Assembly: GCA_002633005.1 (NCBI GenBank)
Contig: NMRA01000832.1
Span: forward strand, 4,679 to 44,592
DNA length: 39,914 nucleotides
Direction: 5' to 3'
DNA from: Phoronis australis
Lineage: Eukaryota; Animalia; Phoronida
Part shown: positions 36,537 through 39,914 of the stretch, piece by piece
Position numbering within the stretch: the first letter of the stretch is position 1
Layout of the letters: each line of letters begins with the position of its first letter
Position numbers and translations under genes: made by a program
Notes under the pieces: generated by a model
What the model was told of the DNA's origin: nothing
Seen by the model: only the letters and a program-made list of their open reading frames with translations
Databases searched by the model: none

Positions 36537-38525
36537 CTAAAGTGAAAACAGAAGAACTGACTGAAATATGCGACAACAACAAATTCTGAAATGATAGAAT
36601 AGGTTTTTCATTGCTTTCCGATATCATATTCAATAGATAAATCACTTACAGGAAAGTATTGCAAGTCTGGTGATTCAGACATTTCCCAGACATGTCCCAC
36701 TCACCAGACTCACTATGCTTTTCAGTAAGCAATTCACCTATTGAAAACTCTGATTAAAGTGTTTTATCAAATCATTGATGGTTTTATGTTCTATTTAGAA
36801 ATAGAATCCTATCAGACAATCAAAGACACAAAAAGCTCGAGCGAATATTGTTGAAAATTATTAACCATGAACATTGTGGTGACCGTGTGTGTTCAACAAA
36901 TTTTGTCTACAGAAGGCGCTGCTGCATAATTATTCTGATATTCTCAAATGAAGAAAAATTTGCGTGAACAAGAGGGTAGCCAGAAAACTTATTCACCAGG
37001 GAAACTCTATTTTCCATGACAGCGATGCATTCCATCCATAAAGTCCACGTTTCAAGTTTCAACAAACTCCATCAAGCCCATTGTATCAGTAGTCAACAGC
37101 CGGCATGCCAGTCGACTTATCCCAAAAATGACTGGTGCTGTCACTTTCCCACTGCAGGCAGGTACACCATTTTACGACATCAAAATACATGTTGTTTCAC
37201 CACAAACAGAAGGATAAGGAATATTTATCAATATCCAAGATGGTCAAAAGGGGGTTACACACTTGTCAAATCCATTGAAAATCGTCAACAGTCACTTTAA
37301 GAACCAATTTGATACCCATTATTCAGGAGGAAACTGCATGGTTCTCAAAATGCAGAATTTTGTAATTAAGTGACTATCACCCAAAAATTGACTATAACGC
37401 CTGCACACGAACATACCTCTGTAACATGTTTCTTTCTCCACAAATTGAGTAACAATAAATTTGTTACCAAATTCTAAAACAAACAGCACGGGCCACTACG
37501 CCTAAGTTCACAGGAGTCGAATTCGTCCAAAAATCGACACGAACCCAGCCAGTACCTCTTAGGGCACCGACTCTCAGTCAATTTTCGGCAAATATCAAGA
37601 TTCAAGCCGCTGCGTCAAGTATTGACAAGGATTAAGTGACCACTAGGGCTGCCAGCGGCACTGCTACAGTCCAGGCACAGGTCAATACAGTCAGCACTAG
37701 GACCACCAGGCACTCTGTTACAAGTCAATCAGCCAAAGACCTAGCCTTGGTGCACAGCTGTATAATAAATACACAGCTTTGTGCAGATGTGGATAAAAAA
37801 CTGACTATATAAAATATGACACAAAATTAGTGTCTTCCTTGAGTAAACTAAATTATTTACTGGTGTTGGAAATATTGGCGTTCTGCTGTTAATTCTGCTG
37901 CTAAAGTTGTGGAGCGATCTTTTGCGTTGAAATATCTTTTTCACAATGAAATATTGTGTCACCTATTGGGTCATTTTTTTGTTTTGACGATTCTTCAACT
38001 GTTTGTCTTCCACAAGGTTGCCACAACAAATTATCGTAACTGGTTTCATTTCATTACAAGTTTTCAATACTTTAATACCAGCAAACTGGATTTCACAACA
38101 AATTTTTCTGATACAAAGCTGTCATCATCTCCCAAGAGATGTTGCAAAATTTGTTAGAAATGGCACCTGCGCTCGTCACGAAAGTATTGTTTTCAAAACG
38201 AAACATACTTTTCTTTGTTACAAAAGGTGGAGAATTCTGCACGAAAATGACATTTAATAGATTGTTTTTCATTTAAACGGCTGTAATGGGCAAGGTGAGT
38301 GTCGTTTGACTCCCGGCCACTCCCAGATTTTGCATGCACCCCATCGGGCCTTGAGCTCTACATGTGATATGTTAACAATTACAGGTTTCATGTCGAGGTG
38401 ACGAGCAGAACAACCCTGGCTGTGTGCAATTTCGGGGTCTGTTGAAGATTAACATAGTGGTACCTAGCTGTATTTTGACGATAGTCTTCATACAGCTAGC
38501 TGACTGGCAACCCTTTCATTTGATG

Positions 38526-38564
38526 AAGACTTCATTTGATGAAGACTTCATCAAATGAAGTCTT
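38526..38564. repeat. 39-bp palindrome (19-bp perfect arms, 1-nt centre)
   Basis: AAGACTTCATTTGATGAAG-A-CTTCATCAAATGAAGTCTT. Confidence 0.92.
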
Positions 38565-38684
38565 TGCCCATGCCATGCCATTGCCATGGGCATGGCTCAT
38601 GGGCATGTCCATTAATGAAATAAGGCATCGGAAGATGACACCACACGAAGTCTTCAATAGACTATGACCAATTCACTGACATAC

Positions 38685-38806
38685 TTGCTCTTGTTAGTAT
38701 GCTTTACGTTCAATTTCTTCTTTTTTGACCGAGCGTTAGGGTGAGTGTGTCTTCTTTTTGGACGCTTTATCCCATGTTTACGTCCATGCTTTCTCTGACC
38801 TGCCAT
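38685..38806 (-). CDS. UTP25: UTP25 coding exon 1
   Basis: AAAATGGCA start context; basic N-terminus MAGQRKHGRKHGIKRPKRRHTHPNARSKKKKLNVKHTNKS|gtatgt, next to CpG-rich promoter sequence. Confidence 0.82.
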
Positions 38807-38829
38807 TTTATGTATACGATGTAAATCTA

Positions 38830-39019
38830 CGCGCGGCACAGATTGGACAATGTTGACCTTACAAATATTGTTCTCCAATCACAAAGAAGAATGCAATTAG
38901 GGTATTCGTGTCACGTGACCGCGTCGGTCGGCCATTTTAGCGTAGGGAACAAAGCGTGTGTTCAAGAGCCGTCGCCGGTAAAATTTTGCACAAGAATACT
39001 CATTTTCAGCAAAGTAAGT
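38830..39019. promoter_or_regulatory. CpG-rich, probably bidirectional promoter upstream of UTP25
   Basis: Palindromic E-box GTCACGTGAC at 38910-38919, YY1-like CGGCCATTTT at 38929-38938 and a plus-strand donor AAA|GTAAGT at 39014. Confidence 0.55.
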
Positions 39020-39255
39020 TTGTCTTCTGACTTATTCCATGTTGTAGGCCAAATTTCTCTGATTTTCCTGATTGTCTTAATAATGCTGCTGAAAGATTCT
39101 ATTGGCATTCGCTCGAACTTTAAACGTCGGCCTATTCAGAAGATTTCGTGGAAAAAATGTACGCCATCACCAGTGTTGGCAGTGTTCTTGCTAGGCAATG
39201 ACCATCGCCTCTGATGGCCCGAAGCAGAGGCGATGCAGAGGCTATAGGCGCTCTG

Positions 39256-39342
39256 TACGCCGGAAGCTTTTCGGCGAATTATGCCTCGCACCGACTAAAC
39301 CATCAAAGTTACGTTGTAATAAATACCTTATGTAGGGAGGAC
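39256..39342 (+). repeat. Interspersed repeat fragment, copy 2
   Basis: Closely similar to 10770-10860. Confidence 0.75.
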
Positions 39343-39914
39343 AACGTTTTTTTATTTTTTTTTTACACTACCCATGAGTCATACATTTTTGAAAAGCCCT
39401 TGGTGTGAGAAATAAAATGGTGCAAAAGTCAGAAAAATTGGATGAGCGGTTAACGAGAAAATGGCCGTTGAAACGCGACGATTATGCGTAAAATATCTGC
39501 CTTTTTACATAATTTCGTAAAAAATAAAAGAATATACATGTGCTGCATGTAAAAAGATTCGTCTCATTGTGACAAACATGGTGGTGTGTATTATATAAAA
39601 TTTGGATCGATTTCTACAGAGATATTGCTGTTTAAGTGTGTTGTTAGCATATAGAACAGGCTCATCATATTTGATGAAAACAATGAATTACACAGCATAA
39701 AAGGTAAAGAGCAAAGACATCACATCAGCTCAGAAATAAATACATCTGAGCTATGAGGAAATTTCACATCAAATCACAAGATCACATTGGTGGATTTGGG
39801 GGGGCAAGGGGGCCTGGCCCGTGGCCCCCCTAAAACTCCCATTTGGCTGCTAGTTTGAGGGTGCAAATATCTTACGGGTAAAATCCTGCATAATACTCTG
39901 CCCTGCCCCCCCCC

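Noticed and set aside
39786-39914. G-run/C-run sequence resembling a hAT-type MITE terminus
   Set aside because: Truncated by the window end; no second TIR or target duplication is visible.

Overview
AT-rich eukaryotic (metazoan) genomic DNA from a draft assembly; a marine invertebrate deuterostome is plausible, but that is inference from composition and protein similarity. It is not prokaryotic, and most short ORFs in the track are spurious. Three spliced housekeeping genes can be built by hand: (1) the last four coding exons of an RMDN2/RMDN3-family gene (+, 1301-5506); (2) a complete COX7C (+, 10289-12250) with a TOP-like start, an intron in the 3'UTR and a candidate box C/D snoRNA inside that intron; (3) UTP25/DIEXF (-, 38806-18993), with 16 visible coding exons, one conserved exon missing (probably in the 293-N gap) and a textbook U12-type AT-AC intron. 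Also present: a 59-bp-period palindromic array whose linkers flip orientation, an orphan terminal-exon-like ORF, MITE-like and Kolobok-like relics, several minisatellites, and three near-identical duplications joined by single Ns that look like uncollapsed haplotypes. Homology calls come from recalled protein sequences, not database searches. No clearly novel system is proven; the best leads are the COX7C snoRNA candidate, the U12 intron with a possible nested poison exon, the invertible-linker array and the orphan exon.
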